Positions 63,774 to 64,000 of a stretch of DNA of 64,000 nucleotides are shown piece by piece. Position numbers and translations under genes: made by a program. The stretch's first letter is position 1, and every line of letters begins with the position of its first letter. The DNA is from Octopus vulgaris (taxonomy: Eukaryota): the NCBI GenBank assembly GCA_951406725.2, contig OX597815.1, positions 127,038,001 through 127,102,000 of the forward strand. The letters run 5' to 3'. The notes beneath the pieces were generated by a model that saw only the letters and a list, made by a program, of their open reading frames with translations, did no database searches and had not been told where the DNA came from.

Positions 63774-64000
63774 ATGGATGTATAGTGGCAGAAGTGTTGG
63801 TGGTCAGTGAGAAATGATTTATTGGAAAGGGACTAGGAACACAGAATAAGGGCGATCAATGGAAAATGTGAGTGAAGAGGAACAATCTAAAGGCTGAGGG
63901 CAGATATCAAAATAAGTGGTTCCAGATAACTGGTAGAACAGAAAGATATCATGAATTATGTAGTTCTACTCTCATTTAATTACAGCAACTGAATAGTGAA

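Overview
This is eukaryotic, AT-rich, microsatellite-dense DNA. The repeat families look like those of an octopus (coleoid cephalopod) genome; this is recognised from memory, not from a search. One host gene is supported: a six-exon Aven-like gene (cell death regulator Aven) on the minus strand, 55829->40839, about 339 aa, with all GT-AG junctions and phases consistent. The rest is transposon-derived. (1) A near-intact R4/Dong-type non-LTR element (RT + CCHC + restriction-like endonuclease) sits in a (TAA)n tract. (2) A head-to-tail chain of several other Dong-like/TAA-flanked elements lies upstream of Aven. (3) There are a young 5'-truncated CR1-like LINE, many RTE fragments, and Penelope-like (GIY-YIG) remnants with decayed hammerhead motifs. 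(4) LTR-derived pieces are a solo LTR and a Gypsy gag/LTR remnant. (5) DNA transposons include mariner, pogo/Tigger, Chapaev3-like and piggyBac-like elements and MITEs. tRNA-derived SINEs and several foldback hairpins are also present. No prokaryotic system, CRISPR array, rRNA or true tRNA is supported. The most promising leads are the TAA-targeted element chain, a 5'-UTR RNA motif shared between unrelated retroelements, and possible regulatory features of Aven (an overlapping uORF, a candidate poison exon and a symmetric exon).
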